A stretch of 63,978 bases of DNA, filler included, from Vannella sp. (lineage: Eukaryota): NCBI GenBank assembly GCA_023345925.1. It is 8 parts of 8 records of this genome, joined end to end, with 100 filler letters (N's around TTAATTAATTAA, not from the genome) between each part and the next. Parts side by side here need not be neighbours in the genome. Positions count along the whole stretch, not along the records: positions 30,446 to 35,841 come from JAJQQN010000812.1; positions 35,942 to 44,663 come from JAJQQN010000919.1; positions 44,764 to 58,312 come from JAJQQN010001262.1; 5 more parts are not named here. One strand, given 5' to 3'. A program made the translations under genes and the position numbers. Shown in pieces: positions 34,601 to 46,093 of the stretch (its first letter is position 1; every line of letters begins with the position of its first letter). The notes below the pieces were generated by a model. It worked only from the letters and a program-made list of their open reading frames with translations, had not been told where the DNA came from and did no database searches.

Positions 34601-35841
34601 GCACTTTTGGAGCAGTTTGCCATCGTCTACAGAGTGCATGGACCGGCTGGATATATTCTTGTTCCCTCTCTGCTCCCAGAAGAGTATCGGCCAAACATGC
34701 TCGCCAAATCTTGGCCAGCGCGTCAAGTTGCAGTTGCGGACGAGCATGGCAGACTTTACCGCTTTAGCTCACTCTTGCTTGGGTTCTTTGGCCGAGTCAT
34801 GGTTCGCATTCTCCACCTAAAAGGAGTCAAAGATCTCCTGAAATGGCGACATGGAATGGTGCTCGAGTATACTGCCCCAGACTCTCCGCCTGTAGCAGAC
34901 GATAGCCAATTGAGACATCTTGCTTTGTTAGAGTTTGATCCTGTGCAGTTCCAGTTCTCGGTGCGTGTAAGGACGCCGAAGAAGGACTTTGGGAAGAGCT
35001 TGCTTTTGCAGACCATTATTGATGGTATTGACACGATTCTCGAAGAGTATTGCGTTCGAGAATCAGCTGAGCGGATGGTTCCGTGTACTCATTGTATAGA
35101 TGCAGCAGCTTCATCATCAGGCACCCCCCTTCGTAATTCATTAGTGGATTCATTTGGCAGCGCCCAACCTTTCCTGTTCTCATTTGCTGAGTGCGTTGTT
35201 GCTGTCACAGAAAGAGAAGGACACGTCTTCTGCAATCACATCCGTTCTCCTTCGAGAATGGTGCCTGTGGACCGATTAGCTCCAGACATTGCTCTTTCAG
35301 GGATTCCCTTGATTGATGAAAAGCAGCTGAAATTGGGCGCCATTATCGGAAGAGGAGGCTTTGGCATTGTATATAAGGCTGAATTCCAACCAATCACCAC
35401 TACTGGTCGCTATCAACCACCAGGTACTCGAAAAACAAGGCGCTCTCGGGCTGAAGATCTTCTCTGTGCAAGTGCACAAGAAGTTGCTGTCAAAGAGTTG
35501 CACTTTGGAGAGACTCAAGAAGCAGCAATTCTATTTAGTGACTTCCAACAGGAGGTCTTTGTGATGAGCCAAATGCGACATCATCCAAACCTGGTTAGGC
35601 TACACGGAGTCTGCCTCTTTCCTCGGCCTCGAATGGTTCTGGAATTACTCCCGCTCGGAGATATTTTCCATTTCCTACATCCAGCAGATCCAACGCAACC
35701 TGATAACCTTCAGAACTTTATCAAGCCAAGTAGCTTCCCTTGGAGCCTGCGATTGCTGATGGCACTTGACATAGCCAAAGGGATGTTTGTGCTCCATGAC
35801 CACGCCCCTTCAATCATCCACCGAGACTTGAGGTCCCCGAA
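31636..35841 (+). CDS. Roco protein: Pro-rich region, ankyrin, LRR, Roc GTPase, COR, TKL kinase (3' truncated)
   Basis: Ankyrin repeats, LDLSHNSL, GQEGVGKST, WDLGGQ, VGTHAD, ISSKTG, LDPLWL, GRGGFG, VAVK, HRDLRSP. Confidence 0.92.
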
Positions 35842-35941
35842 NNNNNNNNNNNNNNNNNNNNNNNNNNNNNNNNNNNNNNNNNNNNTTAATTAATTAANNN
35901 NNNNNNNNNNNNNNNNNNNNNNNNNNNNNNNNNNNNNNNNN
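35842..35941. other. Artificial contig spacer
   Basis: 44N-TTAATTAATTAA-44N. Confidence 0.99.
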
Positions 35942-36338
35942 CTCCAATGGAGATAGCGCGTCCATCACCATACCCGTTGCCGTTACCAAAAGGGCAGTTG
36001 TCCGTAAAGTCCCGTCCGTAGATGGCCAAAGCGTACGGAGTAGCCCAAGAGTGCTTGAACCCCTCCTCGGTAAGGGCGCTTGTATCACCAGAGAAGAAGC
36101 GTGCGAACCGAGAGTCCTCCTTGCACACGTTAGGATCAAGGTGAAGCTCACTAGCGAGCTCTTTGCTGAAACTGATGAGCTGCGGGTTTGGGAGAGGCGT
36201 GGGCTTGACGGGAACAAAGTGACCACTCTTGACTTGACGGGAAGTCCGATTGGGAACGTGTTCCTCCCACTCGGGGTCAGGAAGGAGCTGCGTCACCCAG
36301 GAAGGGTCAGAGCGGGAAGCCAGAGCGTCCAAGGTCAT
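35942..36338 (-). CDS. SelO/YdiU-family protein adenylyltransferase, N-terminal part
   Basis: VKPTPLPNPQLISFS...CPFGNGNGYGDGRAISIG. Confidence 0.85.
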
Positions 36339-36585
36339 GGCCCCACGAAAAAAGTGGCAAAACCCAACCAAAACCCGCATCTGCTCCCCCAAAGGTGCCC
36401 TGAACAATACCAAAAGCCCATCTCCATCTCTTGATTTATAGGAAAAGCTCCTCCCACATCCACGCAAAGAGAGAGAGAAGGGTTGCCACTTTAAGAATCG
36501 GCCGGTTCACTCCGCTGTGAGTGTGAATTGATTCGTTCACTCGTTGGAGATGCTCTTCTTCTCGCGCTCACTTGAGGCTCAAATC

Positions 36586-39500
36586 CTAGCCTCGGCGTGG
36601 GGAGACAGAGCCCTCTTGCAAAGACCACCTTCCGCTGATTCTGCGATAAAAGTCGTTGATAAGTTCAGTCCACTCCTTCTCGGTCTGTGCTTGGTCATAA
36701 TGGAGACTCCAGACCCTGCCAGGCGTATGAAGATCAAGAGAGTCAGGCTGGTCCGCCGTTCCGCCAGAATGTTTGACTTCGCTAAGATCGCTCAAGTTAA
36801 TTGTGCCACGAGGGCGGGGACAGTCCTTCGTTGCATAGTAGGCCACACACCCATCGTCTCTGAGTACAAACAGGCGCCTCTTCCAGTTCTTAATGCGATC
36901 TCCTCGCTTCAACATAAACCCAATTTTCACGAGAGCCGGTTCTTCTCCCTCTGGGAATTCGCCCATTCCCTGGACCATCCACATGGAGAGGTTTCTAAAG
37001 TTCTGGGATACAAGGGCCAGTTTCCGTTTGTACTGATCCAGAGTGTCTTTGGTTTCTTCCAAAGCTGCACGGTAGGTTTCGTCCAGAAGGAGCTTTTCTT
37101 GTCTCATCCTTGCCTCGTTCTCTCGGCTCACGGACTCACTCACTAATTGGGAGCTGGCTTCTTGTGCATCCAGCATTCCTTGTAATGTGGCGCACTCCTT
37201 CTGGTGCTGTGCTTCCATAGATTCTTTCAACTCTTTCATCGCGGAAGCCATTTGCAGGGAGAAGGCAGTTTCCTGGCGTTGAAGGTCTTGAAGAGAAGCT
37301 TGCTCGGAATCTCCTTTCTGTTCTTCTAGTGATTTTGTAAGAGTGATTAATTGGTGTTCTTGGTCCTCCACCTTTTGGCCCAATATAGAACACTGCTCTC
37401 CCAACGTGTTTGACAGCTCTTTAAAGTGGGATAGCTCTGTCTGAGTCTGACTTGATTCCAATAAGGCTTTACTGAGCTCCGCTTGTTGCTGCCTTTCAGA
37501 TTCACAGAAAGATTCAACTGTTAGCTCATACTGTTGATTTTTGTTGGTCAGTGATTCGATCTCGGAGTGTTTTCCCTCCAAAGCTTGTAGGAGAGACGCT
37601 TTTTCCTCTCTCAGAGCATCCAGCTCTTCTTGAGCCATAGTAGAAGATTGAGCAGTTTGCTGCACCTCTAAAGCAATTGATTCAAGCGCCTTTTTTCTTT
37701 TTTCTGATTCTTTCTGGGTCTCTGAGAGGGATTGACGGGTGCTTGAGAGTTCCTCCTTGATTGTAGATGTCTCTAAATTAGTTAGCTCCAGCGCACTAGA
37801 GAGTGATTTGACAGTTTCCTCCATCGTTTCTCGTTCAGAATCCAGTTGCCTACAATTTGACTCCCGATCTCTGATCATCTGCTGAGCTTCAGATTTGATG
37901 ACTTCCACCTCCTTTTCATGATCAGATTGCTTTGCCTGGATATAAAGATTTAAGGATGCAATCTTCTCCTCCAACAAAGATTTGGCCTCTAAAGCAGAGT
38001 CCTGTAAGCTTTGGATTGTTATCTGATAGGACTCGGATCGGTCTAGAAGCTCCACATTAGCTTTGGTAGCAGCACCCTTGAGAACCTGATTTTCTCGTTC
38101 GAGAGATTCAATTCGCTCTTGAAGAATTCCAGTCGAGCTCTCAAGCTCAGCGACCTTTGATACAAGGACTTCATTTGGAGGAGTGAAGGAAAGACTGTCT
38201 ACGCCCCTTCCGCTTTTTTCGGGGTCAAAATCAAAGTCAGAAACAGAGTTTGAAGTTTCAAGCGGAGACTCTGATATTTGGAAGGAAAGCATCTCACTGC
38301 GTTCTTCTTCCTCGCGCAACCGAGCTTCCAAGTGTGCAATTTCTGCCTTAAGAGAGATCACCAAAGCCTCTAGTTCTTGTATACGAGCAGTTTGAGAGAG
38401 ACTATCGGAGCGACATTGATTCAAAGATAAAGCCAATTTTTGCAGTTCTCGATTCTGCTGAATTTGAATCTCTTCAAAGTGTCGCTTTTGAGCCTCCTCC
38501 CGTAGATTCTGAGCAGCTTCTTCAGCTTCCCGAATTAATGCGAAATCTTTCTCCCTTTGAGATGTCTCGAAGATATCAATCCGCTGGAGCAACTTTGCAC
38601 TTTTGATTTGAAGAATCCTAACGGATTTGTCGCCTGTGGTGAACCAGATTCTATCTCTCCAACGATGAAGGCAGCTAATGTAACCCTCCATTGTGAGGCT
38701 CTTTAGCATCTTGCCATCACCGTTCCAGATGCGAATAGTGCGGTCGGTTCCTCCGGACCAGACCATATCCGCAACAGGGATCATACAAGTGACCCACCCG
38801 CTGTGCGCTTGGAACATGGAAAGTGGTTGTCCAGCAAGGTTCCATATTTTGATAACCCCCTCTACACCACCACTCCATATTTGCTCTCCAACGTGCACCA
38901 GAGACATGACCCCTTTGCTGTGTGCTTGAATCAGATCAACCGGCTCGCTGCGATCCAAGTCAGTCGTGTCCCAACGGCGAATTGAACCCTCATCTCCTCC
39001 GCTCCACAACAGGCGCTGAGAGGGCTCAAACAAAAGACTTCGAACCCAGCTGCTATGCCCAAGGAGCTGTCGAATGAAGTTCCCAGAAGCATTCCACATC
39101 CGAATGGTCCAATCGTTGGACGCACTGAAAACCAACCTCTGAGAAGAGCCGTGGTGATCTCCACTTGAGCTTGGTTCAGCAATGATTTCGCTCACAGAAG
39201 ACGTGTGGCCTTGAAGTTCCCGGTGCAATCCAACTGCCCCGAGTGTGAGTGGAATTGGACTTTTTGGAAAAGGCTCACTGACAGTTGGTTGAGTCCCACA
39301 TGCGGATAAGTCCTTCTGTAGAGCCAGTCCAGACATACTGATCAATCAAGGTGATGCTGGTAACATCTACCTTGACAGGAGTGCGAGAGCCAGCATAAAC
39401 GGGACCCTCAATCTTTTGAAGGACCCTCCCGCTCTCGTAGTCGAGAACGTGGATTGTTCCATCTTTGCAACCACACCAAATGTCACCCTGGGAAGTGCGA

Positions 39501-39852
39501 ACCAGATTCTTAGCATTGCTGCTGAGTTCCACCCGCTCGAGCTCATCAAAGATCTCTCCAGCTCCACTCGCATTCATTGGCTGGCGCTGAACAGGGCGCT
39601 TAGGGGATGAAGATGCACTGGCACTACCTGTTCGTCGGAGAGAAGCAACACTACCTGCCCGCTAACACCAGTTGAGAAGCACATCTCCCTCAACGGCCCA
39701 AATCCATCTACCTTGGGCGCAGTGAGTGGAGCAGCCACTCCTGCAGGAGCCGTAGGTGATCTCCTATTAACTGGAGCGGCTGAGGAAGTCCGCATAGGGA
39801 GGGAAGTCCGCCGGCTGGCAACAGGAACTCGAACGGAGGAGGAAGCGGACAT
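36586..39852 (-). CDS. WD40 repeat, long coiled coil, C-terminal PH domain protein, multi-exon
   Basis: GH...WD repeats, heptad-rich region, KIGFMLKRGDRIKNWKRRLFVL PH domain. Start codon uncertain (39852 or 39936). Confidence 0.85.
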
Positions 39853-39919
39853 CCCGCCAGGCCGAGGCGCTCCCAAAGAATGGAGATTTGAAAGGGGCAA
39901 AGAACGAAGGAATTCGCGT

Positions 39920-41100
39920 TTAATGGCCATTTCCATTGCAAGTGTCGGAGGGAGAGGGAATGAGAAGGCCGAGCGAGAGGAGCTCTTCTGTGAGATGGTG
40001 GAAGGTTCTGTCCATGATGCGGACCACTTCAGGGTCCCAGGGTTTGGTTCCTACTTCGTCAGAGAACACTCGCAGACTCCACTCGGACATGCTGCTGGGG
40101 AGGACATCGTTTTTGGTGAACAAAAGTTGGGCGTTTTCCTCTCCTGCTCGCAACATTGGATAGTGTAACGTGAATGTTCCTTCAACCTTGACAACCTTGG
40201 CGCCGCCTGCATCGAATGAGAACAGAGGAGAAGGGAGCTGGGGACCTACGCGACGTGGCCACAGTGGTGCTCCCATCCAGCTTCCAAACCCACCACAACA
40301 CCCCAGGAGTGAGCTCTATCTCTTTCTTCAGGTCCACAGTGGACATCTGCAAGCCAGAGTAGACTTTGTGAACGTCCCCGCAAGAGGCCATGGGAACAGA
40401 CAAGGGAAGCCGGACGCGGCTTTCTCTTGAGAACTTGCTTTTGCACAAGTGATAGTCTTCCCATCACCATCCGTCAGACTCAAGCCAGCCACTCTCACGA
40501 AGAGTTCGCACCTTCCTCCAGCTTGTCAATCTCAAGGCTCTTGCGGAAGTCTTTTGCCACTTGGAAGGGATGAGAAGCGATCTTCTTGATTCCCTCTTGC
40601 TCTACACCACCAATGGGAGGCCGATAATTGGTTTTGATGTCAAAAGTACGCGTTCCAGCCTTCTCCCCAACCAAGTAGTCCCGAAAGCGGGCGATGGCGG
40701 TGTCTGGACCGCTTATGCCGCACGCAGATAGAAAGTCAACAAAACCGTACTCCTTTCGCACGGAGGTGCGCCCTTCGACTGAGTTCTCCCCAACAAAATG
40801 GATGCCAGTCAGTTTGCCGATGATCCCCAACAGCTGGGGAAGCCGCTCCTGGCGAGGAGTGATCTGAGTTCGATTCCACTTGAAAGAGTACTCTCGAGTG
40901 AGTAACACTTGTTGCTCCAAGATGAACTGCTGCGCATCCTTGGAAAGAGAGAGGTTGACCCCTTCCTCCTCCTCCTGTTGGTGTACCGAAGCTCTGTTGA
41001 GCGGGACCTGAACCAACTGCACTTTCTGACTCCTACCCAACAGAAACACTGTCCAGATTACTGCCCCTGCCACCAGGAGCATCCAGGCCCCCCGTTGCAT
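39920..41100 (-). CDS. Unknown type II membrane protein, 3 exons
   Basis: N-terminal signal anchor (WMLLVAGAVIWTVFLLG); ORFs 40495-41100, 40182-40448 and 39920-40276 can be joined by short GT-AG introns. Confidence 0.6.
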
Positions 41101-41127
41101 CGAAAGAAACCTGCAGAATGATTAACT

Positions 41128-41155
41128 TAAACCCTAACCCTAACCCTAAGGGTTT
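41128..41155 (+). repeat. Telomere-type tract TAAACCCTAACCCTAACCCTAAGGGTTT (TTAGGG type, with inverted end)
   Basis: Read directly; lies between divergent genes. Confidence 0.8.
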
Positions 41156-41257
41156 GGCTGTTTATCAGGAATTGGAGCGAGAATGCCAGGCATTTATTAT
41201 TGAATTGATTTTCAAAGCCTCTTCAATTTTCTTCATTTTAAGTCGGGACTGGAACCA

Positions 41258-42975
41258 ATGGAGACCGTCCTGCCAGCAGAGGGAGAAGAGGAAGAGGAAG
41301 AGACGACGAAGAATCCTGATTCTTTGACCTCTGATCTCCGTGCAATCGCTCGGTAGGCTGATCCAGGAAGACTGGAGGAGTGATCATCTGATCTGATGGC
41401 CTGGGATCCACAGGATAGCTGTTCCCACGGCCTGTGCATACAGTGCCGAGTTCTTTGTTGTCATTCTGCAGCTCATCTTTGTGGGACGACTTGGCTCTCT
41501 CCCTCTAGCCGCTGTTGCGCTTGGCGCCAGCTTTTACAATGTCACAGGACTGAGCGTCGGTCTCGGGCTCCTCTCAGCCCTGGATACACTTGCTTCCCAA
41601 GCCTACGGAGCACAAAAGCACAAACAGATCATCGAAGCAGTGTACCAGTCCATCTTCATGATGATCCTCCTCGTTCTGGCCGTCCTCCCCCTCTGGATGG
41701 TAAAGAAGCTTCCCGGCCAAAGAGACCAATTCTAACGTGCGATCTAATCTTTAGTACTCCGAAAAGCTGCTGTTGCTAATTGGGCAGGACCCAGAGGTGG
41801 CCGCCCTCTCTTCGACATACATCAGAGTCATCTGGTTTGGGCTGTTCCCTGAGCTGATGTACAACATCCTGCGCAAGTACACCCAAGCTCAAAAGGTAGC
41901 GCTGCCATCGGCTATCTGCGGAGTGATGGCCGTTGTGATCTGCGTGTTGAGTCTGAGTGTTTTGATGTTTTACTTTGACATGGGGTTCCTGGCGATGCCG
42001 ATCACCTCCATCATTACATCCGTCTCTTCCATGATGATAATGCTCATTTACATCATCGGCACAGGGTTCTACAAACCTTCTTGGAGCCCATTTACTCTCC
42101 AACACTTGCACGGACTGGGAACGTGGATGCGTCTTGCCGTGCCTGGGGCGTTGATGACTTGCTCCTCTTGGTGGGCGTTTGAGATCAACATTATCGTCGC
42201 AGGGATTGTCGGACCCCAGCCCTTGGCCGCAATGAGTGTCATCTTCAATGTGATGGTCCTTATTTATTCCGTTCCACTGAGTTATTGTATTGCAGCGACC
42301 ACTCTCGTAGGCAACGCTGTTGGAGCTCAAGATGAAGCCTCCTCTCGCCGAATCGCGAGAACAGTTTTGATCGTTTCTATTCTCAACCAAGTCATTATCG
42401 CTGCCCTCCTTCTCTTAGGGAGCTCTCAATGGCCCCGCATTTTTGTGGATGACCCTGTCGTTGTTGCACTTATTGTGGGAGCAGCCCCGCTGCTATGTCT
42501 GTTCACACTCTTTGATGTCACCCAATCCACCTTAGGTGGTATTCTTCGTGGCGCTGGCAAGCAGACTATCGCCGCCCGAGCATACCTTTTCTCTTTTTAC
42601 TGTGTTGGAATACCTTTGGGAGTTCCACTTGCGTTATGGGCACCACTCGATACAGTCCTGTCTCTTTGGATCGGATTGACAACAGCCTCAATGCTCAGCA
42701 TGACTCTGCTTCTCCTCTATTATCGATTTATGATCAAGTGGGATCATGTCCTCCTTCTTTCCAAAGAACGATTGCAAGCTGCGGATGTCAATGATCTCGA
42801 ACTTGGTCTGGGAGAAGAACTCCTTCCAATGGAAACGTCTGAAGCAAGCGGGATCAATGACTCGAGCGATTTGTCAAATGCTTGTAGCCTTGACGAGCTC
42901 GAACTTGGTCTGAGCGAAAAACTCCCTCCGATCGAAAGGGGCGAGCTAACAGCGAGTTCCACACTAAAACTCTAG
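41258..42975 (+). CDS. MATE-family transporter, 3 exons
   Basis: ALDTLASQAYGA, RLAVPGALMTCSSWWAFE, TLVGNAVGA, GILRGAGKQ. Confidence 0.93.
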
Positions 42976-43281
42976 TTTCAACTTCAAGTCAGAAGCCTTC
43001 TCGTCACATTCCATCGAATAGAACCTTTGTGGAAAGTGTATCTAATGGTTAAGTGGGTAGGTGTGATTGATGAGAGAGGTGCCTCAAGCAATAACGAGGA
43101 GAGCAAAATCGTAAAAATAATAGCTGCTTTAGTTGGGGAGGGAAGATCTTCCAAGTTTGATACCCACGGCCACCACTTTCAAATGTGCCAACAAGGGAAT
43201 GAAATGTGTGAGACCCTCGTACTCAAATCCATCCACTTTCTGCATCCTTGGCTGTTTGTGGAGAACTCAACATGTTAAGCT

Positions 43282-44130
43282 TCAGTTCTCTTCCCTCTGC
43301 TTGGACGAAACTGAAGGAAGATCTTTTTGGCGAAGCACACGAAAGGTGATGGAGATTCGCCTTTCCCGCTGGACAAGAACCGGCTTTGTCACAACAAAGT
43401 CTTCTCCCTCCAGAGATCGTTGAAAGACCATCTTCAGAGCTCCTCGATCTGTCTTTCGAGGGCGAATACCATGTTTCCAGAGACTTCTCGAAGCTCCTGT
43501 GAGAATGATTGCGGACCCCCTTTCCAACAAGACAAGAACTGGCTGTTCACTTGGCCTCTCTTTCAACAACGCAGGACACGGAGAGAACTCCATCCCAACA
43601 TCAGAGCCCAGAGAGACAGACACAATGACATCTTCGAAGATGTCTTTGTCCACATGAGCGGAGATCCCTTGGCCGGGAGTGTACTCGTTCACAATCATTT
43701 GATTGGGAGTGGGCCAAAGATGTACCAAGTTCTGTAAGCCCAGCTCGCACAGTAGTTCCCTCAAGGAAGTCACCACTCCTTCGCTCCAATCTGGAAGGTC
43801 CTGTCCGCGCTCCATGTCAAGAACGGACCGGGCTTGGTAGTCATAAAGGAAGCCGTATTGCTGAACGCGGCGTTTGAGTGCGGTGGACCACTCTTGTGAG
43901 CCAATAAGAGACAAAAGCTCCTTCTCCTTGTCCCTCGACAGAAGGTTGGGGATGTAAACGAGCCCTTCCACGCCTCCTGCATTCAACACTGCGCACACTC
44001 CCTCATTGTGGAACACTCTTGCCTGGATCGAAACAAGATGGCCCTCTCCGCTTGCGACCCTGTTGGTGGAGACGAACCGCTTCGCGTCTGGAACGGAGCC
44101 AACTTCCGGCTTGAACAAGCGCTTGGGCAT
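43282..44130 (-). CDS. AlkB-family 2OG-Fe(II) dioxygenase (ALKBH8 AlkB-domain-like, standalone), intronless
   Basis: RRVQQYGFLYDY, NQMIVNEYTPGQGISAHVD, WKHGI, RRISITFR. Confidence 0.9.
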   Translation of the reverse strand: MPKRLFKPEVGSVPDAKRFVSTNRVASGEGHLVSIQARVFHNEGVCAVLNAGGVEGLVYIPNLLSRDKEKELLSLIGSQEWSTALKRRVQQYGFLYDYQARSVLDMERGQDLPDWSEGVVTSLRELLCELGLQNLVHLWPTPNQMIVNEYTPGQGISAHVDKDIFEDVIVSVSLGSDVGMEFSPCPALLKERPSEQPVLVLLERGSAIILTGASRSLWKHGIRPRKTDRGALKMVFQRSLEGEDFVVTKPVLVQRERRISITFRVLRQKDLPSVSSKQREEN

Positions 44131-44177
44131 GGGAAAGTGATCATTTGATTCTCATTTCATTCTCATGTCATTGAATG

Positions 44178-44372
44178 GAGAAAATCCATGAGCGAAGGGG
44201 AAGAGGGTTCCAAAACTCGTGTTTGCGTAAGAGTGTCCTGATGACCTCCATCTCGCTGCTCGTGACTTCTCTCATGGTCTCCCCACCAACCGGGATAACG
44301 AGAAAATCCACGAGTGAAGGGGAACAGGGGCAGAAATCGGTTTTGCGTAGCTTGCCCTGATGACCTCCATCT
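44178..44372 (+). repeat. Two tandem diverged copies of a ~75-bp module (44178-44253, 44300-44372)
   Basis: GAGAAAATCCA.GAG.GAAGGGGAA.AG...TTTGCGTA...CCTGATGACCTCCATCT; third copy at 60950-61023. Confidence 0.9.
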
Positions 44373-44376
44373 GAGA

Positions 44377-44587
44377 GAGAGTTCGCGCCAGCACTAAACC
44401 ACGTCCGCTGGCCCTGGTTGAAAAGTGCCTCTGAAATCGATCGGGACTTGACCAATCGACTTTTTATGTGTTTTAGTCGGGGCACTTTTTGGGCTCATTT
44501 GACCATTCCCCCAAAAGAGGGAAAAGTAGCCCTCTTAAAAACATATAAAAACATCATTTGGATCAGTGGCAGTCGAATTCAGAAGCA
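44377..44587 (+). repeat. Dispersed ~200-bp intergenic cassette, copy 2 (opposite orientation to copies 1 and 3)
   Basis: GCCCTCTTAAAAACATATA at 44529-44547, ACCAAT at 44451, TAAACCACGTCCGCTGGCC at 44395-44413. Confidence 0.85.
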
Positions 44588-44663
44588 TCTTCATGCATGT
44601 TAGTTGTATTTGCCCATGGACTGTAGCAGGTGGGCTAGGATGACCGGGACGGACTACCACCAA

Positions 44664-44763
44664 NNNNNNNNNNNNNNNNNNNNNNNNNNNNNNNNNNNNN
44701 NNNNNNNTTAATTAATTAANNNNNNNNNNNNNNNNNNNNNNNNNNNNNNNNNNNNNNNNNNNN
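44664..44763. other. Artificial contig spacer
   Basis: 44N-TTAATTAATTAA-44N. Confidence 0.99.
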
Positions 44764-44831
44764 GTCCTCATTAGGAACAGTTCGCTGGAGCTTGTTTCGT
44801 CAATGAAAGTTATTTATTTGGGCCCTTGCGA

Positions 44832-45368
44832 ATGAGCAGAGCGTGTAAAGGAGAACATTCCCTCCCACCCGAGTTTACGAGAGCGTTGGGAGTGATGAGA
44901 AGCCAAATGAAGGGAGGCCTTCAACCTTTGGCTTCCATCTCGGCCGATGTGTGGCAACATGGAACCAATCATCTATACTCTGGCCACTTCACCTCCCGTG
45001 ACATACCATCAGAGGCTCACTGGAGATGGAACCAGACCCGCGCACCAGAAACGCTCACAATTGACGGAAGGACAATCCGTGTTCTCAAGCTCTCAGCGCG
45101 ACCTCGCCTTCCTGGAGACCATCGAGCTCCCTCACTCAAGTTATGGCAATTTAGCATCTCTCAAGGAGGCTGTCAGTACGCCATGACGCTCTTCTGGTGC
45201 GAAAAAGGGAGGACTGACGACTCTTTTTCGCATTCGAGCCTCCACAAAGCTCCATCAGAGCCTGAGGAGAGTCCAGACTGGAACTCTCTCCGCCTAGAAG
45301 ACTTCTCATTCCTTTACCACTTCATGGCTGACCCGAAACTCGCATCCTTCTTGTGGCCAACCTACTGA
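44832..45368 (+). CDS. Hypothetical protein (~178 aa)
   Basis: Open frame with globular-looking composition; family not recognised. Confidence 0.5.
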   Translation: MSRACKGEHSLPPEFTRALGVMRSQMKGGLQPLASISADVWQHGTNHLYSGHFTSRDIPSEAHWRWNQTRAPETLTIDGRTIRVLKLSARPRLPGDHRAPSLKLWQFSISQGGCQYAMTLFWCEKGRTDDSFSHSSLHKAPSEPEESPDWNSLRLEDFSFLYHFMADPKLASFLWPTY

Positions 45369-45489
45369 GGGTCCGTAGGAACTGCCGTTCCCAAGCTTAT
45401 AAATTGGTACCTTTCCACCAATGCGAAAATCACCAATCTTTGCACTTCCCATTCATTGGAATGCCCTTTGGCTGCCAAACCCTCTTTCT

Positions 45490-45800
45490 CTCTCAAAGGG
45501 CCCCTTTGGTGGAACAGCGAGGGTCAACTCGGTCTTGTTCACAAGAATGACCAACTTAAACCCACATCGGTCGCCTGGAAGGGCCCGCGGCCGGTTCAGG
45601 TGGACTGCGGATGGTTGCACTCCCTTGTTCTTGATGCGTGTGGGATGCTGGTCGCTTCTGATCTTCTAATACTTCTTCCCTTGCATTCCAGCAAGTCCCA
45701 GAACTTCGTTTTATCTCTACCTTGGATGCAGGAGAGCATCACAGCACCGCCATCGATATCGAAGGCGGCCTTTTGGGTGTGGACGAGCTCAACCCATCTC
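45490..45800 (+). pseudogene. Degenerate RCC1-repeat gene fragment
   Basis: WNSEGQLG...VQVDCGWLHSLVLDACG in one frame, LDAGEHHSTAIDIEGG in another, then WVW after a frameshift. Confidence 0.65.
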
Positions 45801-46093
45801 TCTTGGGGCGAGTTCTCTTCCGCAACGTTTCAAAGACATCCCACCACTCCTCCTGAAGCTGATAACCAATGTACTGAATGGCGTTACCAGCCTCCAAGCC
45901 CTGCCCAGGCTCTTCCCAGAGTCTCTCATTCCCCGCTCGTGGCATTCTCCGTTAGATGGCCGGATTGTATGATCTCAGTGAGCCCTGTATCGAGTGTCAC
46001 CACTGCTGGAGCAAGAAACTCCCTGAAGGTGTTTCAGACACAGAAAGATGCGGAGTTGTACACCGTGTTAAACTCGCACAAGTTTACTTACTT

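Noticed and set aside
35942..36338. SelO as a selenoprotein with a SECIS element
   Set aside because: The C-terminus and 3' UTR are missing, so this cannot be assessed.
42792..42940. Duplicated LELGL.E.L.P.E peptide in the MATE tail
   Set aside because: Small internal duplication in a disordered tail with no evidence of further significance.
44325..44390. CTGATGA after a GGGCA/TGCCC stem as a hammerhead ribozyme or box C/D snoRNA
   Set aside because: No GAAA after a stem II, no stem III or NUH site, and no conserved downstream D box across the three copies.
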